NCBI RefSeq assembly: GCF_008065095.1
Contig: NZ_CP042911.1
Span: 4,530,001 to 4,562,000, forward strand
DNA length: 32,000 nucleotides
Direction: 5' to 3'
DNA from: Gemmata obscuriglobus
GTDB lineage: Bacteria > Planctomycetota > Planctomycetia > Gemmatales > Gemmataceae
Below the pieces are notes generated by a model. That model worked only from the letters and a program-made list of their open reading frames with translations. It ran no database searches and had not been told where the DNA came from. The position numbers and the translations under genes are program-made. Below, one piece after another: positions 8,516 to 17,374 of this stretch. Each line of letters opens with the position of its first letter. Position 1 is the stretch's first letter.

Positions 8516-9286
8516 GTGACTGAAGCAATCAATTTTCTGGAACGCCTCGGGCGACTCGCGGCGTTCACGCCGCGTGCAGTTCTGGCGTCTTTTACAACTT
8601 TGCGGCGCTCGGGGCTGTGGCTGCGGCCCTTTTACTCCGTGACGATCGGCGGGTTACCGCTGGCACTTGTTACCGGCCTCGCGTTGGGCGTCGTCATCTG
8701 GATGCACACGCGAGACGTACTCGCTCGTACCGGCACTGGAGCTGTCGAGTACCTGCCGACGTTCCTCGCCGCCGCTGTCCTCCTCGAACTTGCGCCCGTC
8801 GGCGCCGGCCTGATCGTTGCGGCCCGCACCGGCGCGAGCTTGGGTGCCGAACTCGCCTCCATGAGGGTGAGCGAACAGATCGACGCGATGGAGTTGCTCG
8901 GGGTATCGACGATCCGGGCATTGGTGGGGCCGCGCATCGTCGCTTGCGTATTCGCCGCGCCTCTGCTGCACGTCCTCATCGCTGCAACCGCCCTTGGAAG
9001 CGGGTTTATCGCAGAATTGGCGACCGGCTCGACCACTTTCCTGAAGTACAACACTGCCGCGGTGCGCGAACTGGTTCTTCAAGACGTTATTCCCGCGGGA
9101 CTGAAAACCCTCGTCTTCGGTCTGATCGTCGGTGTGACCGGGTGCTTCGCGGGCTTGAGCGCCCGCGAAGGCTCCGAAGGTGTGGGGCGAGCCGCAACCG
9201 ACAGCGTGGTTGCATGCGTGTTACTCGTTCTCGCGGCCGACGTGCTTCTGGTCGGATTAATCAAAGCGATGCAACGCCTCTTGTAG
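8516..9286 (+). CDS. MlaE-family ABC transporter permease
   Basis: ORF 8426..9286. The MlaE signature is LELAPVGAGLIVAARTGASLGAELASMRVSEQIDAMELLGVS, with multiple TM helices. I prefer the in-frame GTG at 8516 (256 aa), which avoids overlap with the preceding ORF. The ATG at 8426 is possible. Confidence 0.85.
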   Translation: MTEAINFLERLGRLAAFTPRAVLASFTTLRRSGLWLRPFYSVTIGGLPLALVTGLALGVVIWMHTRDVLARTGTGAVEYLPTFLAAAVLLELAPVGAGLIVAARTGASLGAELASMRVSEQIDAMELLGVSTIRALVGPRIVACVFAAPLLHVLIAATALGSGFIAELATGSTTFLKYNTAAVRELVLQDVIPAGLKTLVFGLIVGVTGCFAGLSAREGSEGVGRAATDSVVACVLLVLAADVLLVGLIKAMQRLL

Positions 9287-9321
9287 GATGAGCACGCCGA
9301 GTGCGGCGCTCACCCTACAAG
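9280..9321. terminator. Hairpin between convergent genes (possible bidirectional terminator, no U-tract)
   Basis: CTTGTAGGATGAGC (9280-9293) pairs with GCTCACCCTACAAG (9308-9321), 13/14 complementary, with a 14-nt loop. It overlaps the MlaE stop codon. Confidence 0.4.
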
Positions 9322-9341
9322 ACGAGAGCCGCGGTCTGAAT

Positions 9342-10643
9342 TCACCCCGGCAGCTCCCAGCCCTTGCGATATTCGCGCGACAGGAAGGCGTCAGCGGTCT
9401 TATCGCCGGTGACACCCTTCTCTGCGTCCCAGGTAATCTCTTTCTCCGCACGGTACGCCACGTTCCCCAACAGTACCGCTTCTGCGAGCCGCCCCGCGTA
9501 AGCGAAGTTACACAGCGGCGTACCATTGCCCTTGCAGGCCTCCAGCCACTCCTTGTGGTGCCCGATCGACGGCGCAATAGATTTCGATGGGGCTTTGAAC
9601 TCCTTCGCTGCCGAGTCGGGCATCATGGTGTACCTGCCGTAGTCCGCAGCGAGTTGCGCTTTTGTACCCACGAACAGGACGCCTGAACTGTAACCCTTCA
9701 GTCCGCTCACGCCAGAAGGCGCGGTCGTACCGTGTTCCCAGGTAAGTTGAACCTCGCCCCGGACCTTCGTCTTCGGGAACGTGTAGTCGACTGACATCAC
9801 GTCCGGGGTATCGTTGTCACCCGCATAGGTCTTCGTGCCGGTCGCCTTCACGCGAGTTGGAGAGGTAAGACCCAGCGCCCAATAGGGCAGATCGATGTAG
9901 TGGCACCCCAGGTCCGCGAGGGTTCCGCCGCCCCACTGCCACCACCACCGCCAGTGGAAGTGCGGCCACGCGAAATTCCAACTCGACTTGTTCACCTCGA
10001 CCTCGAAGAACTCACTCTTCGTCGGCCCCATCCACAAATCGAGATCGAACTTTGCCGACGGCTTTGAGGTGAGCTTCTTCCCACCCACCGGCTTGCTGCT
10101 GTTCCAGACGTGAACCTTCTTGATCTCGCCAAGCAGACCCGATTGCACAACCTCCACGACGCGGCGGTAATTCTCGCCCGCGTGGATCTGCGTGCCCATT
10201 TGCGTCACGACCTTCTTTTTCGCAGCGAAAGCGGTCATGTGACGCACTTCCGCCACCGTCTCGGCCATCGGCTTTTCGCAATACACGTGTTTGCCGAATT
10301 CGATTGCCAAACACGACGGCAACGCATGCGTGTGGTCCGGAGTACTCACCACGACAGCGTCGATCGATTTGTGCGCCTTATCGAACAGCTCGCGGTAATC
10401 GGTAAAGAAGGCAGCCTTCGGAAACTGCGCCCGGGCCTTCTGCGCGTTCTCCGGGTCCACATCACACAGAGCCACGACATTCTCGTGAGCAACGCCGGCG
10501 ACATTCGCGGCCCCGCGGTTCGCAACGCCAATCACCGCGACGTTCAGCTTTTCGTTCGCGTTGCGAGCACGCACGACCATCGGCGCGGTGAAGGCGGCGC
10601 CGACGGTAGCGAGGAATTTCCGACGAGTGAGACGAATTGGCAT
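9342..10643 (-). CDS. Gfo/Idh/MocA-family oxidoreductase with twin-arginine (Tat) signal
   Basis: ATG at 10641-10643 (aa 100 of ORF 9342..10940) gives MPIRLTRRKFLATVGAAFTAPMVVRA (Tat motif). The Rossmann segment LNVAVIGVANRGAANV follows, then CEKP, which is typical of the family. Confidence 0.9.
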   Translation of the reverse strand: MPIRLTRRKFLATVGAAFTAPMVVRARNANEKLNVAVIGVANRGAANVAGVAHENVVALCDVDPENAQKARAQFPKAAFFTDYRELFDKAHKSIDAVVVSTPDHTHALPSCLAIEFGKHVYCEKPMAETVAEVRHMTAFAAKKKVVTQMGTQIHAGENYRRVVEVVQSGLLGEIKKVHVWNSSKPVGGKKLTSKPSAKFDLDLWMGPTKSEFFEVEVNKSSWNFAWPHFHWRWWWQWGGGTLADLGCHYIDLPYWALGLTSPTRVKATGTKTYAGDNDTPDVMSVDYTFPKTKVRGEVQLTWEHGTTAPSGVSGLKGYSSGVLFVGTKAQLAADYGRYTMMPDSAAKEFKAPSKSIAPSIGHHKEWLEACKGNGTPLCNFAYAGRLAEAVLLGNVAYRAEKEITWDAEKGVTGDKTADAFLSREYRKGWELPG

Positions 10644-11082
10644 GATTGGCTCCTGAGAATCGCTGGGACTGAGCCCGAATTGCTGTGGGGCGGGTAACAC
10701 TCCTCGCGAGTGTACACGACCAGAGTGAGGTAAAAAGGAAGAATTGGATCGAACGGGTGAGGGAGAGCGGCGCGTTGAGCGAACAGGGCGACGCGCCGCC
10801 CTCGACCTCGACCCGCGCTCCCTGGGCGACATGGAGCTTAAGCGGGAAAAACCTGCTGGTGTAGTATCCTCATGGCATGTAACGCTGCCGGATGCGAAAT
10901 TCGGACTTCGAAAATCACAGAACCCTTTAGCGGAAATCACAAACCCTTATCCATTAACATCTTCCGCCCGAAAAAAACCCGACCACGTCACATTTGCCGC
11001 ACCGAACCATGTTAGAACTCGAACGAACAACCTAACCAACCCGGCAACGGAACTATTACGACGATCCGCGCACCGCCGCTAC

Positions 11083-11115
11083 GCGACAGTAACCGAGGTC
11101 GGCGGTACAATCGCG
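11083..11115 (+). promoter_or_regulatory. Putative promoter (GCGACA-N17-TACAAT) containing the 13-mer CGGTACAATCGCG
   Basis: -35-like GCGACA at 11083-11088, 17-nt spacer, TACAAT at 11106-11111. The ATG at 11142 has a GGAGGG Shine-Dalgarno. Confidence 0.4.
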
Positions 11116-11141
11116 GTCACACCCACAACGGAGGGCTCCGC

Positions 11142-11981
11142 ATGGCGATTCCGCCACTCGCGATCGGCGTTTGCAGTTGGTCGCTCCAGGTAACCAACGT
11201 TCCGGAACTGAAAACCTTTCTCGACAAACTCGGAATCGAAGTGGTGCAGATCGCCTGCGGTGACCCGCACCACGCGAGTTGGGCCGAAGGCGAGGACTTA
11301 CCGTCTGCCGCGCTCGCTGCAGGGTTCAAGATGTCGGGTGCGATGCTCGGTTTTCCGGGCGAAGACTACACCACCCCACAGACCATCGAAAAGACTGGCG
11401 GGTTCGGTGATTCTGCGACCCGCCCCGAACGGCTGGAATGCTTCAAGTGGGGGTTGGCGCGCACAAAGGCACTGGGGCTGTCCGATCTCATGTTGCACGC
11501 CGGGTTCATCCCCGCGGTCGGTTCGCCGGAGCGGAAGGCGTTTCTGGACACACTGGCCACAGTGTCGGAACTCGCACAAGCAGCGGGTGTGACTGTGGCG
11601 TTCGAAACGGGGCAAGAGTCCGCCGCCCTGCTCCGCCGAACCCTGGACGACCTGAAGTGCCCGAACCTGAAGGTCAACTTCGACCCGGCGAACATGCTGC
11701 TTTACGACATGGACGACCCGCTACGGGTTCTGGACCTTCTTGCGCCGGACATCCGCAGTGTTCACCTGAAGGATGCAAACCGGCCGACGGTGAAAGGAAC
11801 GTGGGGGACCGAGGTGCCGCTCGGGACGGGGCAGACCAACACGCGCGAGTTCGTCAAGGCACTGAAGCGAATCGGCTTCACGGGACCGCTGTGCATTGAG
11901 CGCGAGGTCGGGAACCAGCAAGAGCGGTTCTGGGACATCGAACACGGGGTCCGGTTCTTACGCGAATGCTTGGCTTCTTGA
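11142..11981 (+). CDS. Sugar phosphate isomerase/epimerase (xylose isomerase-like TIM barrel) family protein
   Basis: 279-aa ORF. VAFETGQESA, NLKVNFDPANML, VHLKD and ERE blocks are typical of AP-endonuclease-2/xylose-isomerase-like TIM barrels. Confidence 0.8.
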   Translation: MAIPPLAIGVCSWSLQVTNVPELKTFLDKLGIEVVQIACGDPHHASWAEGEDLPSAALAAGFKMSGAMLGFPGEDYTTPQTIEKTGGFGDSATRPERLECFKWGLARTKALGLSDLMLHAGFIPAVGSPERKAFLDTLATVSELAQAAGVTVAFETGQESAALLRRTLDDLKCPNLKVNFDPANMLLYDMDDPLRVLDLLAPDIRSVHLKDANRPTVKGTWGTEVPLGTGQTNTREFVKALKRIGFTGPLCIEREVGNQQERFWDIEHGVRFLRECLAS

Positions 11982-12081
11982 GCCATCCGTCTGTTGCGAG
12001 ATTCGGTGAGGTTCGTGGGTTGTTACGGAACTGACTTACGAACCCCACCGGAGCGAACGACCTGCAGATCACCTCAGCCCA

Positions 12082-13059
12082 CTAAACTCCCACCGCCACG
12101 AATTCCGGCACCGGACAATCTGCAAACTCCGTGCTTGCCACGAAGATGCACCCCGCGTTTGGGCACTTCACGCGCAGGTCCGCCGGCATCCCTTCGCTCG
12201 CGGTCGTGAGAATCAGTTTCACTCCGTTGGGACGTTTCACCAAAAAGGGACAGGTCACGCGCGGCGAGCCCGGCGTGGTCCATTCTTCGAGAGCCGCACC
12301 GGTCGCGAGTGAAAATCGTACAGCCCGACCCGCTTCCACGAAATCGGGATTGAAGAACGCAACGATTACCGACCCATCGCCGCAATCACACATGCCGTCC
12401 GGAAAACCCGCTTGGTTCGACAGGTCGAGCGCGACGCCATCGGGCACAGCGGTTCGGGCCGCTACGTCGAGACGATGACGAACAACCTTTCGCGTCGGCG
12501 TATCGATGTCGTAGAGGACCAGACCGCGATCGTCGGTGGCAAACACCTTCCCGTTCGAACAGACCTGCTTAGCCGCCAGAAGTGAGATACGGTTGTCCTC
12601 GGGCGTGTAAAGGTAAAGCTGTGCGAGCTTCGCCTCTTCATCGAACTGTGTGTCCTTCGTACCAAACACCACCGCCCTTCCGCCGGGAACGATCTCTGCG
12701 TCGTTAATGATCGTCCGCGGGTTGTCGTCAGGAATCGTTGCGAGCGGATCGGACCATTTACCGTTCGCGACATCGCACACCCGAAGCTGCTTATCGACCC
12801 CGACCAGCATCCGGTTCCCGCCGGCGATGGGAAGAGCGAAACCCGGACGGCCCGGGCACGGCTCGATGAGGTCTTCGGCGAATTGGTCGTCCGGGAAATG
12901 CACCCGCAGTTCACCGTTCTTAGCAGAGGAATTGAGCTGAATGTTGACCCACGCCAAGCCGGCCTTTCCCCCCACGGTGAGCCAACGGGGGCCTTCAGGC
13001 AGGAACCGGTCCTCTTCCTCAATGAAATCGATGTAGACGATCGCTTCGGTGCTTCTCAT
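12082..13059 (-). CDS. SMP-30/gluconolactonase/LRE-family protein
   Basis: 325-aa ORF. LPEGPRW, INDAEIVPGGRAVVFGT, SNGKVF, LYDIDT and FPDGMCDCGDGSVIVA are six-bladed-propeller lactonase motifs. Confidence 0.8.
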   Translation of the reverse strand: MRSTEAIVYIDFIEEEDRFLPEGPRWLTVGGKAGLAWVNIQLNSSAKNGELRVHFPDDQFAEDLIEPCPGRPGFALPIAGGNRMLVGVDKQLRVCDVANGKWSDPLATIPDDNPRTIINDAEIVPGGRAVVFGTKDTQFDEEAKLAQLYLYTPEDNRISLLAAKQVCSNGKVFATDDRGLVLYDIDTPTRKVVRHRLDVAARTAVPDGVALDLSNQAGFPDGMCDCGDGSVIVAFFNPDFVEAGRAVRFSLATGAALEEWTTPGSPRVTCPFLVKRPNGVKLILTTASEGMPADLRVKCPNAGCIFVASTEFADCPVPEFVAVGV

Positions 13060-13127
13060 CGCGGTACTCCGATCGCAGTTCGGCCACTACACTATGCCTA
13101 TTCAGAGGATACGAACGGAGCCGGGCC

Positions 13128-13922
13128 ATGTTCCTGTCGGGGAAGTCGGCACTCATCACCGGGAGCAGCCAGGGCATCGGTTTAGGTGTCGCGCAGGCGT
13201 TCGCGTCGAGCGGCGCGAGGGTGGTTGTCACCTCCGAGAAGCCTTTAGCCAAGTGCCCGGAAGTGCTGCGGTTGCTCAGCGACTACGAACACACTCGGTA
13301 CGTCCAGGCCGACCTATTAAGCGAGGGCGAACCCGAACGGCTGGTAGACGAAGCGTGGGCAGCGTTTGGCGGGATCGATGTTCTGGTCAACAACCTCGGA
13401 ACCTACAAAGAGCCACCGCTGACACAACTCACCCGGGACCACTTCGACTTCATTTTCCGGCTGAACGTGTGGATTCCAGTCGCGATCACGCGCGAGGTGG
13501 TGCGGCGCGCACAGGTCGCGCGGCGGGGGGGACGCATCCTGTTCAGCACGTCGCTCAACGCGACCCGCTCCGAGCCACTGCACACGCTCTACGACGCGAG
13601 CAAAGGGGCGGTGAACGCACTCACCCGCCAGCTGGCCGTCGAACTTGCACCACTCGGGTTCACCACCGCGGCGGTCGCCCCCGGGCTGGTCGAAACCCCA
13701 CTGACCGACTTCGGGCTGAAGTCCTCACCGGCCGAGCGTGAGGCCGTCATTGGACAGATCCCGGTCCGCCGCATCGCAACTGTCGAGGATGTGGCGTGGT
13801 GGTACGTGTTTCTGGCGTCGGACCGCGCGAACTACAGCACCGGGAGCGTGTTCACCGTGGACGGCGGACTGGATGCCCAACAGATGGCAGTGCGCCCGGT
13901 CACGGAAGCCGAAAAGAAATAA
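13128..13922 (+). CDS. SDR-family oxidoreductase
   Basis: 264-aa ORF. TGSSQGIG cofactor motif, NNLG, and catalytic YDASKGAV (YxxxK). Confidence 0.9.
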   Translation: MFLSGKSALITGSSQGIGLGVAQAFASSGARVVVTSEKPLAKCPEVLRLLSDYEHTRYVQADLLSEGEPERLVDEAWAAFGGIDVLVNNLGTYKEPPLTQLTRDHFDFIFRLNVWIPVAITREVVRRAQVARRGGRILFSTSLNATRSEPLHTLYDASKGAVNALTRQLAVELAPLGFTTAAVAPGLVETPLTDFGLKSSPAEREAVIGQIPVRRIATVEDVAWWYVFLASDRANYSTGSVFTVDGGLDAQQMAVRPVTEAEKK

Positions 13923-13939
13923 GCACTTTACGCCGTAAC

Positions 13940-14833
13940 TCACTTCCACGTGCGGTATTTTGGCTTATCCGCTGGTTCCTTCCCACCGAGTTGCGGAACG
14001 AGCCACTTCAAACCGTCGAGGTTGTCCGCGAGACGCTCGGCTGCATCATCAGACGTGTGCCCCAAAATGCCGATTGGTCCGGCGTAACCACTCTTCGCGA
14101 TGACCGCCAAAAGTTGGAGATCCAGTTCACCGCCGGCGAGCGGGACGATTTTCTTGCCCGCCCTGTCCCCGCCCTTCACGCTGCCGTTCAGGTTGAGAGC
14201 GAGGAGATGCGGTTTCATCGCTTCGAGCAACTTGGGGAATCGGTCGAAGTGGTCGTGGCCGTGGTGCTGGTTGTACACGATCCCGACGTTCTTCAGCTTC
14301 AGCAACTCGATAACCACGATCTGATTTTCGGGCTCGCCAAACCACCCACCGTGGTTGTACAGCCCGACGGTGCAGCCTTGCTTCGCAGCAGCTTCCGCAA
14401 CAGGTCGCAGCACTTTGGCAGCGTTTTCGACCTTTGCAGCCTGATCCGTCCCACCTGGGTCGCCCATCGTGATCCAGAGTTGCGTCTTGATGTCGTGCTT
14501 CTTGAGCACTGCCAAGAGCTTCTGAGCGTCCGTGCCAAGATTCGCCGGAAACCACACAGCCGTCAGCTCGATGCCGGCCTTCTTGAGCAACGCGACCTCT
14601 TCGTCAAACGTCGGGAGGTGTTCGGTGCGCCAGTCGTATGCGTACCGCTTGAACCCGAGCTTCTGAAGCATCTCGACGCGCTCGGCCGGGCCTCGCTTCT
14701 TGGCATCAAATGGCACGATGCACCACGCAACGAGTTTGTCCGGCGCAAACACATCGGCAGGTTTGGCGGGGTCAGCCGCGCGAGCTGATGCGACGGTAAA
14801 AGCACTGACCGCGAGCAGAAAGAGAGGTTTCAT
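13940..14833 (-). CDS. Exported sugar phosphate isomerase/epimerase (xylose isomerase-like TIM barrel) family protein
   Basis: 297-aa ORF with signal peptide MKPLFLLAVSAFTVASARA. It has a TIM-barrel-like alternating pattern, with YNHGGW and YNQHHGHDH metal-ligand-like blocks. Confidence 0.75.
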   Translation of the reverse strand: MKPLFLLAVSAFTVASARAADPAKPADVFAPDKLVAWCIVPFDAKKRGPAERVEMLQKLGFKRYAYDWRTEHLPTFDEEVALLKKAGIELTAVWFPANLGTDAQKLLAVLKKHDIKTQLWITMGDPGGTDQAAKVENAAKVLRPVAEAAAKQGCTVGLYNHGGWFGEPENQIVVIELLKLKNVGIVYNQHHGHDHFDRFPKLLEAMKPHLLALNLNGSVKGGDRAGKKIVPLAGGELDLQLLAVIAKSGYAGPIGILGHTSDDAAERLADNLDGLKWLVPQLGGKEPADKPKYRTWK

Positions 14834-14898
14834 CTGAGACGGGGGTAAGGGTCACGGGCCACAAACACCCTCACACTACGCTCGAACGGGTCATCGGG

Positions 14899-16743
14899 CT
14901 ACTGAAGGTCGCCAGTGAGCTTGATGTCCCAGACAGCAACCGGGGCTCCGTTCGCGACGGTTGCGAGGTGCTTGCCGTTCGGCGAGAACGCAACCGTTCT
15001 GACCCCACGCCCACCGCTCTCGATCAGTTGCGTCTGCAGCCCGCTCGCGCGGTGCCACACCCAAACGGAGCCGTCTGGCGTCCCGGCCGCGATCCGGTTC
15101 GCGTCCGGTGAGAACGCGAGACAAACAACGGCCCGCTCGAAGCCCGTGATTGTGCGAAGCAACTCGCGCGACGCTACGTCCCAAATCTGAATCACGCCGT
15201 TAAAACCGACCGCGAGGAGCCGCCCGTCGTCGGAATAGGCCAGCGCGGTTGGGGGCCGCTTCTGGATCGGCAGAGACGACAGTCGTGCTCCGGTTATGGT
15301 GTCGAGCAGCAGCACCTTGTTGCTACCACCGCGGGCGAGGTCGATCAGCCCGACGGCAAGCGCGCGGCCGTCGGGGCTCGAAGTGATACACGCGATGTTC
15401 TCGGCGACGTTCAGTTGAAAACGCTCTTCGCCGGTCGCAACGTCAAGGAGCCGCACGCACTTGTGCGGCTTCGGCAAATCGACCACCGCGAACCACGAGG
15501 CGTCCGGCCCGACCGCCCAGAACCGTGAGTCGCCGATGCGGGCATCGACGACGGCCAGTTCGCCCCCGTCGGGCAGTGAGCGGATCAGCACCCGGTCTTC
15601 GCGATCGCCGCGGAACGTGACAAGGTGTTTGCGGTCACGGGTGAAGCCCGCGAACCCGTCGGTGCGCCTGGCGTAGTAACTGGATTCGATGGCCGAGGTC
15701 TCCCCCCAGCGGGTGAACGCACGAGCGTTCCCGACCCACAGCTCTGCCCCGTCAAGCGAATACGTCACGTCGCGTGCGCCCGGAAACGCCAAGGTCCGAG
15801 CGGGCACGCGATCGACGGCGCGCGAGTTCTCAATGTCAACCCGATCGAGCCCGGCGGTGACCAGCGCCGAACCGACGCCGACCGGAACAGGTTTGGGAGC
15901 CACAGTACGGACGAGTTCCACCTGCCCGCTCCGGATGTCCACACGCGCGGTGTCCGGGCCGGCCGATGAAACGACAAACAGCCCGCTGTGAGCGAGTACG
16001 TCGGTCACGGATGTGCTGACGACGAGCGGGCGGCTGTTCGGCCGGTCCGAAACCGTCGCGGTGAGTTGACCAGCGGCGAGGTACAGTTGCGGCTTACTTG
16101 CGACCGTGCGCCCGCCGGAACGGAACCTCACCACGCTGTCGGATTCGATCTCAAACCGGGCCGGCTCGGCCAGGAGTTCGACGACGGCCAAGCTCTCATC
16201 GCCGGTCCGAAGGGTGAACCCGACCGGCAACTCGTTCCCCTCCTCCACCGGAACAACGTCACCGGTGGCGTTCAACACCTCGACCAGTCCGGTTTTCTGC
16301 GACAGCTTCGCAAAGCCCTGGCCCGCCGCCCCGGGCAGATCGTCGTGCGCAGGCAAAACGATCGGTGCCGGCTTCACCCCGAGCCACACCGCCACGAGCG
16401 CACACGCGGCGCACGCGGTCAGAACCACCGCCACCGCACGACGCCGCACGGTCCGTCGCGGTCCCGGTCCGGAGCGCGCCCAGATTGGTGGCGCCGCAGT
16501 GGTAATCGCGGCCAGCACGGCGCCGGCGGTTCGCTCCGCTTGAGCTTCTTGGATCTGAGCGAGAGTGGCATCGGCCAGGTCGAAATCCGTGCGCAGCGCG
16601 CGAAGCTCGGCTTCGAGAGCCAGCAGTTCGAGGTGTTCGGCCTCGGCGCGTGGGTCGGCGGCGAGCGCGTCGAGTTCCTCGGCCTCCGCTGACGTAAGAG
16701 CGCGGTCGAGGAGCTTGAGCGTGAGTTCAGCGACGCGGTTCAT
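14899..16743 (-). CDS. Anti-sigma factor: N-terminal sigma-binding helix, TM helix, FecR-like domain and C-terminal WD40 beta-propeller
   Basis: ATG at 16741-16743 (aa 60 of ORF 14899..16920) overlaps the sigma-factor stop as ATGA. TM helix is AVAVVLTACAACALVAVWLGV. The FecR-like segment is KTGLVEVLNATGDVVPVEEGNELPVGFTLRTG. WD40 repeats include IQIWDVASRELLRTITGFERAVVCLAFSPD, GSVWVWH and VAVWDI. Confidence 0.8.
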   Translation of the reverse strand: MNRVAELTLKLLDRALTSAEAEELDALAADPRAEAEHLELLALEAELRALRTDFDLADATLAQIQEAQAERTAGAVLAAITTAAPPIWARSGPGPRRTVRRRAVAVVLTACAACALVAVWLGVKPAPIVLPAHDDLPGAAGQGFAKLSQKTGLVEVLNATGDVVPVEEGNELPVGFTLRTGDESLAVVELLAEPARFEIESDSVVRFRSGGRTVASKPQLYLAAGQLTATVSDRPNSRPLVVSTSVTDVLAHSGLFVVSSAGPDTARVDIRSGQVELVRTVAPKPVPVGVGSALVTAGLDRVDIENSRAVDRVPARTLAFPGARDVTYSLDGAELWVGNARAFTRWGETSAIESSYYARRTDGFAGFTRDRKHLVTFRGDREDRVLIRSLPDGGELAVVDARIGDSRFWAVGPDASWFAVVDLPKPHKCVRLLDVATGEERFQLNVAENIACITSSPDGRALAVGLIDLARGGSNKVLLLDTITGARLSSLPIQKRPPTALAYSDDGRLLAVGFNGVIQIWDVASRELLRTITGFERAVVCLAFSPDANRIAAGTPDGSVWVWHRASGLQTQLIESGGRGVRTVAFSPNGKHLATVANGAPVAVWDIKLTGDLQ

Positions 16744-17327
16744 TGGTCGTTCAGTTTCGTTTGAATGCAGTCGCGGAGACGGAACCGGATGCGCGAAATC
16801 ATCCGCTGAACAGCTTCCGGTGTTTGTCCCTGCTTCGCCGCGATGGCCTCGAACGAGAGACCCCGCTCGTACCGCAGCGCCAGCACCACGGCTTCGCGGG
16901 GCGTCAGCAGTTCCCGGCAACCACGGAGGGCCACGACGTACGCGTCGGAGTCATCGCGGTGAGCGGCACTCTCGGCCCGGAGCCGCTCCGCCAGCCGCTC
17001 GCGGTAGACCGCGAGCCGCCGGTCCTCGCGCCCGGCGGTGCGCAGCTCCTTCCGGAGCCGGTTGCGAGCGACGGTGCGGACCCACGCGCCGAAATCGGTC
17101 CCCAGCGCGTACTGATCGAGGTGAAAGTAGGCGTCCACGAACACCTGTTGAACGATGTTCTCCGTCGCATCGCGGTCGCGGAGCAGCGCCGCCGCAATCC
17201 GCCAAACGCTTTCCTGATACAGACGCACCAGTGCCGCGAACGCCGGTGTGTGGCCGGCGAGCACGTCCGCCACGATCCGGTCGGCCTCCGGTGTCGCCGC
17301 CCCGGTTTCCTCGTCGTCGCTTTGCAC
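16740..17327 (-). CDS. ECF (sigma-70 family, group 4) RNA polymerase sigma factor
   Basis: GTG at 17325-17327 gives 195 aa. Region 2 is FAALVRLYQESVWRIAAALLRDRDATENIVQQVFVDAYFHLDQY. Region 4 is LTPREAVVLALRYERGLSFEAIAAKQGQTPEAVQRMISRIRFRLR. The longer track ORF (to 17705) would overlap the upstream gene. Confidence 0.85.
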   Translation of the reverse strand: MQSDDEETGAATPEADRIVADVLAGHTPAFAALVRLYQESVWRIAAALLRDRDATENIVQQVFVDAYFHLDQYALGTDFGAWVRTVARNRLRKELRTAGREDRRLAVYRERLAERLRAESAAHRDDSDAYVVALRGCRELLTPREAVVLALRYERGLSFEAIAAKQGQTPEAVQRMISRIRFRLRDCIQTKLNDQ

Positions 17328-17374
17328 GATTACAAACAGAACCCCGCGGCGCCACGAATCAGACAGACCAGTAG

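Noticed and set aside
10744-11193. 149-aa ORF in the divergent intergenic region, and the 7914..8111(-) ORF in the AT-rich island.
   Set aside because: They have no motifs, atypical composition and no ribosome-binding site. Both overlap probable promoter regions or the start of the neighbouring real gene.
16744-16920. N-terminal extensions of track ORFs: anti-sigma to 16920, sigma to 17705, oxidoreductase to 10940, zinc-ribbon protein to 26237, fae to 24721, MarR to 6584, lipoprotein to 31121.
   Set aside because: The extensions overlap upstream genes or intergenic DNA and are compositionally non-protein-like. Internal starts give canonical N-termini (Tat signal, lipobox, Shine-Dalgarno-preceded ATG/GTG, ATGA coupling).
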